Positions 46,001 through 57,597 of a DNA stretch of 64,000 nt are shown piece after piece. The notes under the pieces were generated by a model. It had not been told where the DNA came from. It searched no databases and saw only the letters and a program-made list of their open reading frames with translations. The first letter of the stretch is position 1, and each line of letters opens with the position of its first letter. The position numbers and the translations under genes are program-made. Source of the DNA: Gracilinanus agilis (taxonomy: Eukaryota); assembly GCF_016433145.1 (NCBI RefSeq), contig NC_058131.1:39707257-39771256 (forward strand), given 5' to 3'.

Positions 46001-49000
46001 CAGCTGGGTGGCTCAGTGGATTGAGAGCCAGGCCCAGAGGCAGGAGGTCCTGGATTCAAATCTGACCTCAGATACTTCCTACCTATATGACCCTGGGCAA
46101 GTCACTTAACCCCCATGCCTAGCCCTTACCACTCTTCTGCCTTAGAACCAATATACTGTATTGATTCTAAGACGGTAGGTAAGAGTTGAAAAAAAAAAAA
46201 GGGTTCACACCCAAGTCCTCAGACTCAAATCCAGCACTCTTCCCCTGCACTGTGCTGTCTCATAAGCCCTAAGCTTCATGGTCCTTTGTGGGTGGGCTAT
46301 TAGGTAAAAATGGGCCTCCTTGGGCATCTCCCCTAAGCTCCTTGGAATCACTTGGCAGAGGAATGAACAGATATGAGGGAAAACTGGTCTAACATTTCGG
46401 GTTTGGGGATGGCTCCTGGCTATCTATCATCTTCTCCTGCACCTTGCCCACCATCTACCCTTGGGCTTCTTACCATAATGCAATTGGGCTTGTTCACTGA
46501 CCACAGGTTGACCCGACAATCATCTCCTCCTGTTGCCAAGAGCCGCCCTGAGCCTTTGCCCAACACCAGAGAAGACACATTGCTGGCATGGGCCACGATT
46601 TCCTCTAAAAAAGGGAATGGAGTGGAACAGACACACAGTCACTGAAAGTCCCTGGCTGCTTGCACCCAGAGGAAAGAAGACCCCCTCACCCCCACAACCC
46701 CAGTTGCCTGGCTTTCCAGGGGAAAGAGCTTCACGAACCAAGGAAAGTGGTATCTGATCCCCAACCACCTGGCTTGCTGCCTCCAGCTCTGTCCTGCTCA
46801 GGATCACCTCTGAGCCTCTGGGCTCCAGCTCTATACTTTTTCTCAATCACCCCCAGAGATGTTTAGTAGAGACACTCAACCACAAGTAGGAATCTGAGGG
46901 CCTGAAAGATTGAAATCACTGTCCAAGCCAACAGCGGTGCAGCTGATACGAGGCTGCGCATGGTCTGCAGCCAAAAGAGTGAGTGCAAAGGAGTTCAGAT
47001 GTCTCCAAAGGGCTCCCACATCCATTATCAAGGAAGGAGAATGGCTCAGAGACTTAGGGGGGGGACTTATAGTGAGGAAGACATAGGTTAGAATCACCTC
47101 TCTGATGCTGACTACCTGGGTGACCTCAGGCAAATTGCTGGCCTCCCTGGGCCTCAGTTTCCTCATCTGTAAAATGAAAAGGTAGGGCGAGAGGGCCTCA
47201 AGGCTAGATGAATGGCCCTATTACTGCTCCTCCCAATATTCCTAAGAACTCAGTGGAAAAATTCTCATTTCCTTCATTATACTGAAGAGAGAACAGATCC
47301 AAAGGTAAATGGTGAAACCAGGCCCATAGATCCAAGTTGGAGGTAGCCTCAGAGCCCTCTAACCCCATTCCCACATTCTATTAAAAAGGAGGCTGAGGGC
47401 TAGAGTTGAGTGTACACTCAAGCCTAGGAGCTGTGAGCATAGTGTCTGAAGCTGGGTTAGCACTTCTTCCCCAGGCCTGGAGCCTGAGTTGCCTTGGCAG
47501 TCTTGGGGCTGGGTGTGAGCAGGCTGTGAGAGATGGGACGAATTGGAGATGGAGGGGCTATGGCGGGGGTCCCAATGGTATGGACCCAGAGAAGCACAAA
47601 GTATGTTTAGCACCAGTTAGAAACGATTTGAGTTGGGGGAGGTAGAACAGCTGTAGGTGAGAGGCTGGGTGGGCACCATGCACTCCCTTGCCAGGAGCAG
47701 GCAGAGAGTTCTCTGGCCACAAGAATTTCCATGCAGTTGCTCCACAGTCTAGGAAGGCATGAAGCCAAGGGACAATCCCAAGAACAGGGGCTTAATTTTT
47801 GATGTCTTAAATTTCATTGAAGCAACATGTCCCCAGGAATGAGTGAGAAAAAGTCAAGTGCCCAGAAGTGAGGTAAGGCAGGGGTGGAATCTGGCTAATA
47901 CTGAGGCAAAGTCAGCTTCAGCTGATCCAAGGTGTGCCAAGGTGTTATTGCAGCAGTGACTTCTCCCATCTTTCCTCTATCCCACCGTAGGGTTACACCC
48001 TTTCCCAGGTGTCCCTGCAATCAGGATGCTAAGTTTTCTGCTTTCACAACAGGTCTTGGGTATTGTGGAGGTGGAGGGGAGGCAGGGTGTGCTAACTCTG
48101 CCCTGGTAAAATGGTGGACCAGTTCCTGCCACCTAAACTTTGAGGAACCACGTGGGGCAGAGGAGCCTGAAGGACCAGTGAGCTGATAGGCCACAGACCT
48201 GTACAACTAAGGTGAACAATTATGGATATCTAAAGGGCAGCTGGCACATGTGAGAGTGACCCCTTATCCCCTGAGGGTCTCTAAGCATTTCCTACTGCTT
48301 TGTTATACTAGCAGAATGACAGGATCAAGCAAGCTAATAATAATGTCTTTACTGAAGGGAAAGGGGCTGTAGGCTATACAGACTCCATAGCTACTAGGTG
48401 AGGGGAGCTGGGCCCTTGCTCTGACCAGATACTTTAGGCACAATCAGAGCGGCATTCTCCAGGACCTTTCACATACCTGCAGCTCTACAAGAGAACAGGC
48501 ATCAGCTTTTTAAAAGCATTTTTTGATGCCCAGTGATTTGAAACTTTCTTAACAGTTAGTTAATCCTTGGCTCTGGGACTTTCCCCAAGGTTTCCCCAGG
48601 GCCCCATGCCTCTCCCACAAAGGACAACGCATGGCTCTCTCTTCAGGGGCCTGATATCTGAAGATGGCTCTTGTATATTTAAAGTATCAGTCTTAAATAT
48701 GCTTTGCATATGCTTCCATCAGACTAGACAGCCTTGCATTTTGACTGTGTTCATCCCTTTCAGGCAATATATGTTTTCTTCCTCATGGGGGATTTGGTCT
48801 AGGCTGTGACATGACTACCAAGTGATCTCAGGCAAACTGCTTCCCACCCCTGGCCTCAGTGTTCCCTCCTGTAAAATGGAGGTGTTGGCTTGATTTTTAG
48901 AGCTTCCCCTCCTGCTGCTGAGCACACTTCCTGGAGGCTGAGGCAGTGACTCTGCAGGAGTGGAGGAGGGGAGAGGGTGGTGAGTGCTGCACTGAGATTA

Positions 49001-49903
49001 GATGGTCATCAAGAAAAACGGCAGCTAGGCCCTAGAAAGACCGACAGGAAGCTGCAGGGGGCAGATCTAAGCAGAGAATGGAGAAGTGCTTCTGATCTGG
49101 GAGGGGCAAGGGCAAGAGGCCTATAATCAAGAAAATAATAGAGAAAAATGATCGCTTAGGTGTTTGTTGAAAATAGCAGTGATAGCACCCATCAGTGCCA
49201 AGATGTGAAAATAGGCTGCAAGCAACGCCCACCTGCTGCCATCTGCTGTTAACCAGCTTCTGGATCAGCCTCCAGCCCAGGCCTGGGCAAGGTGGGCCCT
49301 GATGTCCTATATAGAACAGTCAATATTAAAATGTCATCATAGCTTTAGGGCAGGGCTGTCAGCCACCAAAGCCACAGGTCTAACCATAAGTGAATGGTCT
49401 GACTTAGGACAGCACAATCTTAGACCACATTTGACAACCCAAAGTCAGGCATGAGCTATTTGCAAACCAGAGAAACTGGGTTGGGAAAAAGGTAAGGAGT
49501 CCTAGGCTTAGATCATCAGTCCTGCCTTTGCCTTTGAGCCCTGAAGAATCAGAACTCAAGTCAGTTTTAGCTGCACAGGCATTAGCACCTGTGAGTTGCC
49601 AAAGGGGATTCTTGAATAGTACTTGAGATGATCAGGATCATTGAATTAGAGCTACCAGAGACCTTAGAGGTCAACTAGTCCCAGACTCTTCCTGCACTAT
49701 TCCATGCTAGGAAAAGGAGGGCTCAGATATGGTGGGGGTGGGTGGTTACTGGAGGAAGCCAGGTCTCGCCTTCACTTCTCTAGTCTAGTCTAGTGGACAC
49801 TCCATTCTCTGGGGGGTAACAGGTGGCTAAGAAGATAACAAGCAGAGATGGCAGGAGACTCACGTAGCTTCCATGCTGTCTTGGTAACAACAGGAGTTGC
49901 CAT
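33837..49903 (-). CDS. KATNB1: KATNB1 katanin p80 WD40 subunit; first 10 coding exons (347 codons), 3' exons missing
   Basis: Exons of 40+131+118+101+42+84+116+72+151+188 = 1043 nt, all GT-AG and frame-consistent. Read [87 protein letters not shown].., essentially the recalled KATNB1 sequence. Confidence 0.98.
34648..34849 (-). mobile_element. Young SINE1_Mdo-like SINE with 16-bp TSD
   Basis: TSD tacagttagtcttttt at 34632-34647 and 34850-34865. A second, more decayed copy follows at about 34875-35040. Confidence 0.92.
35464..35614 (-). CDS. KATNB1: KATNB1 coding exon 9
   Basis: tccag|G..CTG|gtgagc; [50 protein letters not shown]. Confidence 0.97.
35721..35776. repeat. Perfect 28-bp tandem duplication in a KATNB1 intron
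   Basis: cctgggactctggggtccatctcatcag at 35721-35748 and 35749-35776. Confidence 0.95.
35839..35910 (-). CDS. KATNB1: KATNB1 coding exon 8
   Basis: tgcag|G..AG|gtagac; [24 protein letters not shown]. Confidence 0.97.
36543..36658 (-). CDS. KATNB1: KATNB1 coding exon 7
   Basis: cccag|CTT..AG|gtaaga; [39 protein letters not shown]. Confidence 0.97.
36979..37062 (-). CDS. KATNB1: KATNB1 coding exon 6
   Basis: ttcag|GGC..AAG|gtagag; [28 protein letters not shown]. Confidence 0.97.
37300..38440 (-). mobile_element. L2 fossil, GC-shifted
   Basis: cagtttggg..aggcagctggtg..ggggagctactgaagtcacc..gaggacagggctttggggaacaccca..acagtgtcaaatgcagcagagg follows the L2 body order. Confidence 0.7.
38551..38592 (-). 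CDS. KATNB1: KATNB1 coding exon 5
   Basis: cacag|CTC..AAG|gtaaga; [14 protein letters not shown]. Confidence 0.96.
39047..39147 (-). CDS. KATNB1: KATNB1 coding exon 4
   Basis: ggcag|TT..AAG|gtaaaa; [34 protein letters not shown]. Confidence 0.97.
39640..41400 (+). mobile_element. L1 ORF2 3' half and 3' UTR with an internal solo LTR
   Basis: gatcaatggaatagatt..gataaacccaaagat..aactgctgggaaaa..gataaaggtctcatttc..aattaaaacaactctgaggtac..ctaggtctgtatcccaaaga; A-rich end near 41400. Confidence 0.92.
40684..40929 (+). mobile_element. Solo LTR (TG..CA) inserted into L1
   Basis: Interrupts the L1 motif tgatggtgatggaatac. Starts TG and ends TTACA, contains AATAAA; approximate 5-bp duplication (tga(a)tg and ttatg). 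Confidence 0.7.
43467..43653 (+). mobile_element. Young SINE1_Mdo-like SINE with 18-bp TSD
   Basis: TSD aaaaagtaatgagaccta at 43449-43466 and 43654-43671. Same subfamily tail (cctatgagacaatacacc) as the 21528-21710 copy. Further + copies at about 44010-44190, 45997-46200, 55955-56172, 58018-58190 and 58708-58905. Confidence 0.94.
44591..44708 (-). CDS. KATNB1: KATNB1 coding exon 3
   Basis: cacag|AGC..A|gtaggt; [39 protein letters not shown]. Confidence 0.97.
46474..46604 (-). CDS. KATNB1: KATNB1 coding exon 2
   Basis: tttttag|AG..ATG|gtaag; [44 protein letters not shown]. Confidence 0.97.
49864..49903 (-). CDS. KATNB1: KATNB1 first coding exon, coding part ([13 protein letters not shown])
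   Basis: aaaATGG context, donor C|gtgagt. The exon probably starts at 50185 (acceptor ttttttccttacag|), giving a 282-nt 5' UTR portion. Confidence 0.96.
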
Positions 49904-50879
49904 TTTCCCAGCTAGTTCCTTTCAGTCGATGTTCACCGATAAACCAACCAAAAAAGATTGCAAAGATAGCTCTCCACTTCCCCTGTGGGGTGGGGGAAGA
50001 ACCCCCCCAGGTTCAAGTTTCAAGTTGGAGAGTAGTTTCGACACATCCAGGCAGAGATAATTCCCTATTTTGTAGCCCTTTGTTAAATCCTGTTTTATAA
50101 CATCCAAGCGAGCAGTCTGTGCCTGCCAATATACATCCCAGATCATGAAGTATCAGTTTGGCCCCATTGTAGAGTTAATGTTGATCTGTAAGGAAAAAAT
50201 TCATTTAAATTAACATATTACAATACGAAGAAGAACATAAGTTCTTGATCTAAAAAAGAAAAATAAAAGTGTTGGTTATATCCATTTCATTTAATAAAAA
50301 CTTTCACTTTGTAAAGAATGAGGAGATATGCCAAGTGGTGATACTACTCCTCAGTGGTGGCACCTAGAGCAGCTTCTCTCAAACATGGTAATTTTGATTC
50401 ACAACAGAAAAAGTGGATTCTTGTGAAGTCTTCAATATGACTATAAGAGGACATCTACACAATGCTTGTTTTCTGAAATGAAACAAACCAAGGGAAAGAC
50501 CTGATTTTTGAAACCACAAAATCCAAAATACTAGAGGTACCACCCCTGCAAATCAAGTGATGCTGACAGACCTATGCTGACCAATACCAGCTGTTCTAAC
50601 ACAAAGATCTTTTTCAGGAGGTTGTCTCAAAGCAAGATGTGACAGAAGCATGAGGTGTGGAGGTGGGGAGAAAGAACCCAAACCTCACCAGAGGGAACCC
50701 TAACTTTAAACAGAAGAAATCTCTTGATAACAGAACTAAGAAGTTCCAGTGTCCCAAGTCACCTACTTTTCCTTTACTCTCCCCAGGACAGTACCCAGAG
50801 ATAATAATGGAATAAGGAGCTGAGAACCTGAGACTTAGCACCTCTGCTACAAAAGGTCCCTCTGGGTCCATACAATCCC

Positions 50880-51677
50880 CAACCAGGTTCCACTCTTCCT
50901 TTGCTCTCTTTGAATCACTGAATTCATTCAGTTCCTTTTCCCTCCTCCTCCATTATACTTACCTGTTCACCCTCCTCCCTCCTTTATCTGTTCTGGACCT
51001 CTCCTATGTTCCCTCCTTTTCTTTCAATTCCCACTACTCTTCCCTACCTTCCTTTTGCCCTTCCTCAGTGCTGGTTAAGTGCTTCCTTCCTCCAGTTCAT
51101 TTCTATTGTGTCTTGGGTCTCCCGTCTTCTCATTTCTTCTCCCATTTCCCTTGTCTATCCCAATGTCTCTATTATGTGTCTCTTCATTCTGTTTTCCATT
51201 CTTCCTTCCCCAACTAGCCTGGTCCTTCTGTCCCTCTTCATTCTGTCTACATACTATCTTCATCCTTCTGTCCCTTCCATTATCTTTCCCATCCTCAGTC
51301 CTTCTTCGGTCCATCTCCCCATTGTCTCCTTCCTTCTGACCCTCAATTATCTCTATCTTCTGTCCTTCTCCATTGTAACTTATCAGTTGTCCCCATTCCT
51401 TCTCCCCTCCATCCTGTCCCCAACTATTCCCTTCTTTTTCTCCCCTCCATTCAATCCCATTATCTCCATCCTCTTCAGTCTCTCTCTTCACTTTCTTCCA
51501 TTCTGCCCCAACATCTCTGTCCCTCTTCCTTCTCTCTCCCCATTCTCCTCCACTCTGACTCCCCACTTCTGACTCTCTCATTCTGTCCCTCTTCCTTCTC
51601 CCTGCCCCATTCTGTCCTTCTTCCTTCGGTCCTCCGATCGCCCCCTTTTTTTGGTCCCCCCATTCTGACCCTCTTCT
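50880..51677. repeat. Long polypyrimidine/polypurine low-complexity tract abutting the gap
   Basis: About 800 bp dominated by C/T on the + strand (ccattctgtcc, cttccttc units). Confidence 0.9.
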
Positions 51678-52178
51678 NNNNNNNNNNNNNNNNNNNNNNN
51701 NNNNNNNNNNNNNNNNNNNNNNNNNNNNNNNNNNNNNNNNNNNNNNNNNNNNNNNNNNNNNNNNNNNNNNNNNNNNNNNNNNNNNNNNNNNNNNNNNNNN
51801 NNNNNNNNNNNNNNNNNNNNNNNNNNNNNNNNNNNNNNNNNNNNNNNNNNNNNNNNNNNNNNNNNNNNNNNNNNNNNNNNNNNNNNNNNNNNNNNNNNNN
51901 NNNNNNNNNNNNNNNNNNNNNNNNNNNNNNNNNNNNNNNNNNNNNNNNNNNNNNNNNNNNNNNNNNNNNNNNNNNNNNNNNNNNNNNNNNNNNNNNNNNN
52001 NNNNNNNNNNNNNNNNNNNNNNNNNNNNNNNNNNNNNNNNNNNNNNNNNNNNNNNNNNNNNNNNNNNNNNNNNNNNNNNNNNNNNNNNNNNNNNNNNNNN
52101 NNNNNNNNNNNNNNNNNNNNNNNNNNNNNNNNNNNNNNNNNNNNNNNNNNNNNNNNNNNNNNNNNNNNNNNNNNNNNG
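51678..52178. other. Assembly gap (501 N), candidate location of KATNB1 exon 1 and promoter
   Basis: N run 1.5 kb upstream of the ATG exon's acceptor; no CpG island is seen elsewhere upstream. The location is inference. Confidence 0.6.
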
Positions 52179-52329
52179 GAAGGAAGGGAGGAAAAGGAAA
52201 AAGTTTCAAAGAAGAAATGTCTTGACACTAAAAGAAGTGCTCTTTCCAATACAACAGGGAATTCCTTGTCTTCCCCCCATAACCCTCCCACCCCCACCCC
52301 TACTCCACTTTCCCTATTACTGTAAAGGA

Positions 52330-53065
52330 CAGCACTGCACCATGCAATCCCTCCAGCTCTCAACCTAAGAGTCATCCTAGATTCCTCACTGTCTCTCACT
52401 CCCCTTAGCCAAGTTGTTGCCAAGACCTGCTGGTTTCACCTTCTGGTCTCTTCACTCCTCTGGCACTCCTACCACACTGATGCAGGCTCTCATCACCTTA
52501 TACCTTGATTACTGCAATTGCTGCTGCTGGGTCTGTCTGACTCAAGTCTCTCCTCATGCCAATCCATCCTCCATCCAGCCACTAAAGTGATTTTCCTGAA
52601 GCGCAGGTCTGGGGGTGTTACCACTCTTCCTCAACAAACTTCAGTGGCTTCCTATCACCTCCAGCATGGAATACAAAACATTCCAGCTTGATGTTCAAAG
52701 CCCTACTCAATCTAGCCCTCTCCCACCTTCCCAGGCTTCTTTATACCTCATTCCCAGACACATACTCTTCAAACCAATGACAGTGACCTCCTGGCTTTTC
52801 CATGAAGAAGACAAGTCATTCCTTGGCATTTTCTGTCTAGGGACAATGCTGTCCCACCTCATCTTGACCCATTAGTTTCTACAAGAAGCCTTTCTCAAGC
52901 TCTCTGAATTCTAGTGCCTTCCTCTCCTAATTATCTCCTATTTAGTCTATTGATAGATTGTATTTATTTGTCTGCACTGTCTTTTGTCCTTTTTGTACCC
53001 CCTGTCCTTATCATAGTGCTTAAGACATAGTAGACACTTAATGAATGTTTATTGACTGACTGATT
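52330..53065 (+). mobile_element. L2 3' portion
   Basis: aacctaagagtcatcctagattcctcac..ccttgattactgcaat..cagtggcttcctatcacctccag..; ends with the L2 tail cttaatgaatgtttattgactgactga. Confidence 0.85.
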
Positions 53066-53452
53066 TCCCCTTAGGCATAGTCTTTTCTCACTCTGGATCT
53101 AACATTGCCCAACTGAGCAAAGACCACAGAGTCCAAGGCAATGGAGTCCAAGGCAATGGAGCAGGCTCTAAGACTACTGTCCCATTGGATCTATTATTTC
53201 TTCTTACAATGCAGAGCAATCCCTCCATGGCCCCATAGAACCAGGAAAGCATTTGGTGAATACATGTGGACAACAACGATGGGGTGCAACCCAGTAGACT
53301 GAAAAAGCACCTTAGATCATTAATTGGGAGTCCCAACTATGTGACCTTGGGCTAGTCCCTTCTCTCTTGGCCTCAACTGGACTTGATTTTTAAGGTCCTT
53401 CCTTGCTCTTGAAACTTGGACATCTGATCAAAGCAAATTATTTCAAAGGTTC

Positions 53453-54058
53453 AAATTAAATTAAGCAAGGCAGGGGAGGGGGTGGTGCTAGGTGTCTTAG
53501 TGTCTAATTATGTGACCCTGGGCAAGTCACAACCTCCATTGCCTAGCCCCTTATCACTCTTCTGCCTTGGAGCCAATAGTTAGCATTGGTCTAAGAATTG
53601 TTTTTTTTTCTTTAAATTAAATTAAGGGAGGGGGGATACAGTCAGGTAGTGGGGTGGATAAGAGTGCCAGGCCTGGAGTCAGGAGGTTCTAGGTTCAATT
53701 TGACCTCAGAAATTTCCTAGCTGTGTGACTTTAGGCAAGTCACTTCACCCCCATTGCCTATCCCTTATCACTCTTCTGCCTTGGAACCAATACAGAGTAT
53801 TGAATCTAAGGTGGAAAGTAAGGTTTTTTTTTTTTGTTGTTGTTGTTTTTTAATTAAATTAAGGGGTGAGGAGGAGGGCAGTCAGGTAGTGAAGTAGATA
53901 GAGAGTACAGCCTGGAGTCAGGAGGACCTGGGCTCAAATTTGACCTTAGACACTTCCTAGCTTTGTGAGCCTGGGCAATCATTTAATCCCTATTGCCTAG
54001 CCATTGCCTTTCTGTTTTAGAATTGATGCTATGGCAGAAGATAAGAGTCTAAAATAAT
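53453..54058 (+). mobile_element. Three head-to-tail SINE1-type copies
   Basis: Copies separated by the recurring spacer aattaaattaag (53453-53465, 53614-53626, 53852-53863). Confidence 0.85.
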
Positions 54059-54059
54059 T

Positions 54060-54640
54060 AATAAAGGCTGCCTTTCAATTGAGAAATGGCTAAAGGGATG
54101 ATAACATAAATACAATGGAATGTTACTGCGCCACAAGATACTATGAAAATGACAGATTCAGAGAAACCAAGGAAGTCAGCCTGGAAGTGATGACGAAGGA
54201 AGAGAGCAAAACCAGAAGAATAACCTATTTGAGTCTTACCACTAAGTAAAGGAAAACAGCTGGGCAAGTCTTAAGAACTCTAATCAATGCAATGATTAAT
54301 GATGACTTCTGTCTGGTGATCAAACATGGCTCCTGCTGAGAGCTACAGAGGACAACTTTTGTTTGCAGACACAGCCAATGTGTCTGGATTTGCTTTGCAT
54401 GACTGGACTTATCTATGACTACAGGGGAAAGGGGATCATGGGGGAGAGTTAGTGGGTAGTGACAAGGCTAGTTTCAGAAGAAAAGAGCATTAAGGAAACA
54501 TTGAACAATTCTCAGAGGAGAGCAGGAGGAAGTTTGGAAGTGGATAGAGACAAGCAGAGTACTACTGTCAGCGGGTTCAATTGAATATACTTTTTAAAAC
54601 CTTCCCAAGTAGTTCATTTTCTTATACAATACTCATTTTC
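54060..54640 (+). mobile_element. Old L1 3' fragment
   Basis: gagaaatggctaaa..aatggaatgttactgcgc..gagcaaaaccagaagaataacc resembles the L1 ORF2 end and 3' UTR. Confidence 0.55.
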
Positions 54641-57597
54641 TGTTCTTTGGAGAGGGAGATGTTGAACTTCGTTTACTTTATTCCTTTTCAAAAATTTTTA
54701 AAAGAGAAAAAATTTAAAATTTGAGGTTAAAAAAAAATGTACAAGTCACAGGCAGCTAGGTGGCAGGGTTGATAGAGTACCTGACCTGGAGTTCAAATCC
54801 AGCCTCAGACACTTATTAGCTGTATGATCCTGAGCAAGTCCCCTTTGCCTCAGTTTCCTCATCTGTAAAATGAGCTGGAAAGGGAAATAGTGAATCATTC
54901 TGGTATCTTTGCCAAGAAGACCCCAAATAGGGCCACAAAGAACCAGACATGAGTGAATGACAGTGACAAAGTCACAGGGTGCCTGGCAATGTTCAGTGAG
55001 GGGAGTCTGGTCCTGTACGGATAGTGGGGTATAACTAGTTTAAACAAGAGGTCATGTCAGCCTCATCATGTACAACTGAACTGCAGAGAGAGGGACCCCT
55101 TCTCCATCCAGCTTAGCATGATTGGGGGTTAAACCTTGCTCTGTTCCCCCAGAATCATAAAATCCTACCTAGCACAATCCCACATAGTGCAGAATAGTAG
55201 AAGGAGCCTTAGTGGTCTTCTCAGTCAACTTTCCCCCTTGGGACAGTCCCTCCTGAATTTTCCCAAAGCTGAGGGTCTGTCTCCCCCTCAGACCAGGTGC
55301 TCTTGTTGGGGAGGGGCTGCGCTTCCTTCCTCACCCCAGGGGCTCCCAAGGGTCAGAAGCAGACCCTTTCCACAGGGTGCCTAGCCGGTTCCACACATAA
55401 ACTCTGACAGAGCAGGCTTTTAAAAGTATGACCTTGAAGCTAAGGAATCCCAGGAGTGGGGGTGCAGGGAATGGATTCCAAGGGTTTATTTCAGTAACTA
55501 TTGACAAAGAAAGGGTGGAGTTGGGGGAGGAATGGAGCCTCACCACTCTAGGGCCCAGCCCAGAGCACAGAAATTCCAAGCCCCACCTAGGCTGTAAGGG
55601 AGAGGCTTTGGGGTTGAGGCCAGCAGGAAGGGGAAGAGGGAGGACCAGGTAGTAGGTCAGGACTGGACTATTTTACCAGCTTTCTTCCCCAGCTGACACC
55701 TGGGAGCCCTTGGGATCCCCCAGAGGAGGCTAAGACCAGGCTATTGTGTTCCTAAAGCATTTCCCATCACTTGGGAGCAGGTCAAGGTCAGGGGAAGGAA
55801 ATAAAAGCTCAAGAGAGGGACAGTGGCCAATAGCTGATGGCAAGGCTGCCCTCCCACAGTTCTGCCCAGAACCAGCATGCTCAGGGCATCTTACCTTCAA
55901 AGTCCTGTGAAATTAATAGCATGATGGCGCAGCTAACAAGCTAATGCCACAGAACGAGTGAGGTAGCTCAGTGGATAGAGAGCCAGCCCTGGAGTTGAAA
56001 AGTCCTGGGCTCAAATCTAGCTTTAGACACATGTCCAAGCTGTGTGTCCCTGGGTAAGTCATTTAATCCCATTGCCTTACTGCTCTTCTGCCTTGGAACC
56101 AATACACAGGATTGATTCTAAGATGGAAGGTAAGGGTTGTTATTAAGAAAGAAAATAAGGGTTTAAAAAATAAAAAAGAGCTAATGCCACCATAGTCTGC
56201 ATTCATGGTAATTACAAGACTAAAGTGGAGAGAATGATCTAGTCCAGCCCCCACCCCCAGCCCCACATTTACATATGAGGAACTAGATCAGAAAGTGATT
56301 TAGCCAAGGTCACCAAGATTCTAACTGGCAAAGTCACAATTCAAACACCAGGTCCTTCCTGACTTTAAATCCAGGACTTTTCCATAATCCTGGACAGAAT
56401 ACCTTGGGAATACCTGATTCAGACCTGGGTACCACATTTTTAGAAAGGGCATTGGCAAACTAAATGCATTGCAATTGGTTTTAGAAAAGGCAAGGCTAGA
56501 TAGGGGGCAGCTGGGTGGCTCAGTGGATTGAGAATCAGACCCAGAGATGGGTGGTCCTGGGTTCAAATCAGAACTCAGACCCTTTTGTTTAATGTAGGCT
56601 TATTTTTGTGCTTCAGTGCGGTTCAATCAACGTAGGCTCGGTTTCATGACAAGGGGAATTTGCTGACATTTTAATAATGAGATGGGAGACTCTAGGATGG
56701 CAAGGGGAAAGGAAATGGGGAATGGAAGAGGGTAGAACAAGCATTTAAATAGAGCCTACTAAGTGCCAGGCATTGTGCTAAGTGCTTTACAAATATTCTC
56801 TCATTTGATGCTCGCAAACCTGCGAGGAAGGTGTAATTAATAATATCCTCATTTTACAGGTGAAGAAACTGAGGCAATCAGAGGTTAAGTGACTTGCCCC
56901 AAATTACAAAGCTAGTATCTGAGATCAGATTTTAACTCGACCTAGCACTCTATCCACCATGCACACCAGGTGCCTCCTGGGTATGGAGGAGTGGAGGGAG
57001 AAGAAGATGACCAAGAAAGGCCTCCTGTAGAAGGTAATATTTGAACAGTCAGAATGTGAATCACCATTATCAAAGTCTAGAGGGGAACCTTGGCAAGTCC
57101 TTCATTTTACAGATTCGGGGGACCAAAGGCCCCTCAGCTATCTATACTGGATGTAACTCAGTCTTACCTGAAGGCAGAGACAAGTACCCAGTAATCCTCC
57201 CACCTGAGGGGGGAGGGACATGGATTGAGTGCCCCTTGGCTGAGGAGAGACTTTGACCTTGTCAGCTAGGGAGGTGTGGGCATGGCTGTGGGGAGGGAGG
57301 TGGTCCTCTACAGGGATGGTCACTTTCCTGTGAATGTGAGGCAGAAGCATAGACCCAGTGATTCACCTGGGCATGAAGAAACTGGCAGGACTTCTCCCTG
57401 TTGGCACCCTCCTTCCCTCCCTCCCCAACTTTGTTACTGGCATCAGTGCCATAGATGTCAGGACTTATAGAATCAACAGCTAGCACAGTACAGTGGAGGA
57501 GACCCTGACTAGACATAGAGTAAGAAAATCTGTAGGTCCAGCTTTGCCACCAATTCACATAGGTTCATTCAATCCCCATCTTTGAGCTTCATGAGGT

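Noticed and set aside
49226-49248. Tandem CACCTG/CATCTG E-box or CTCF-like cores (cgcccacctgctgccatctgctg)
   Set aside because: Partial motif matches of this length are common, and there is no supporting evidence in the sequence.
51006-51581. 188-aa hydrophobic (+) and 168-aa charged (-) ORFs
   Set aside because: They are by-products of the pyrimidine/purine low-complexity tract, which is depleted of stop codons. No domain features.
53130-53162. 15-bp direct repeat gagtccaaggcaatg x2
   Set aside because: Ordinary slippage duplication with no functional context.
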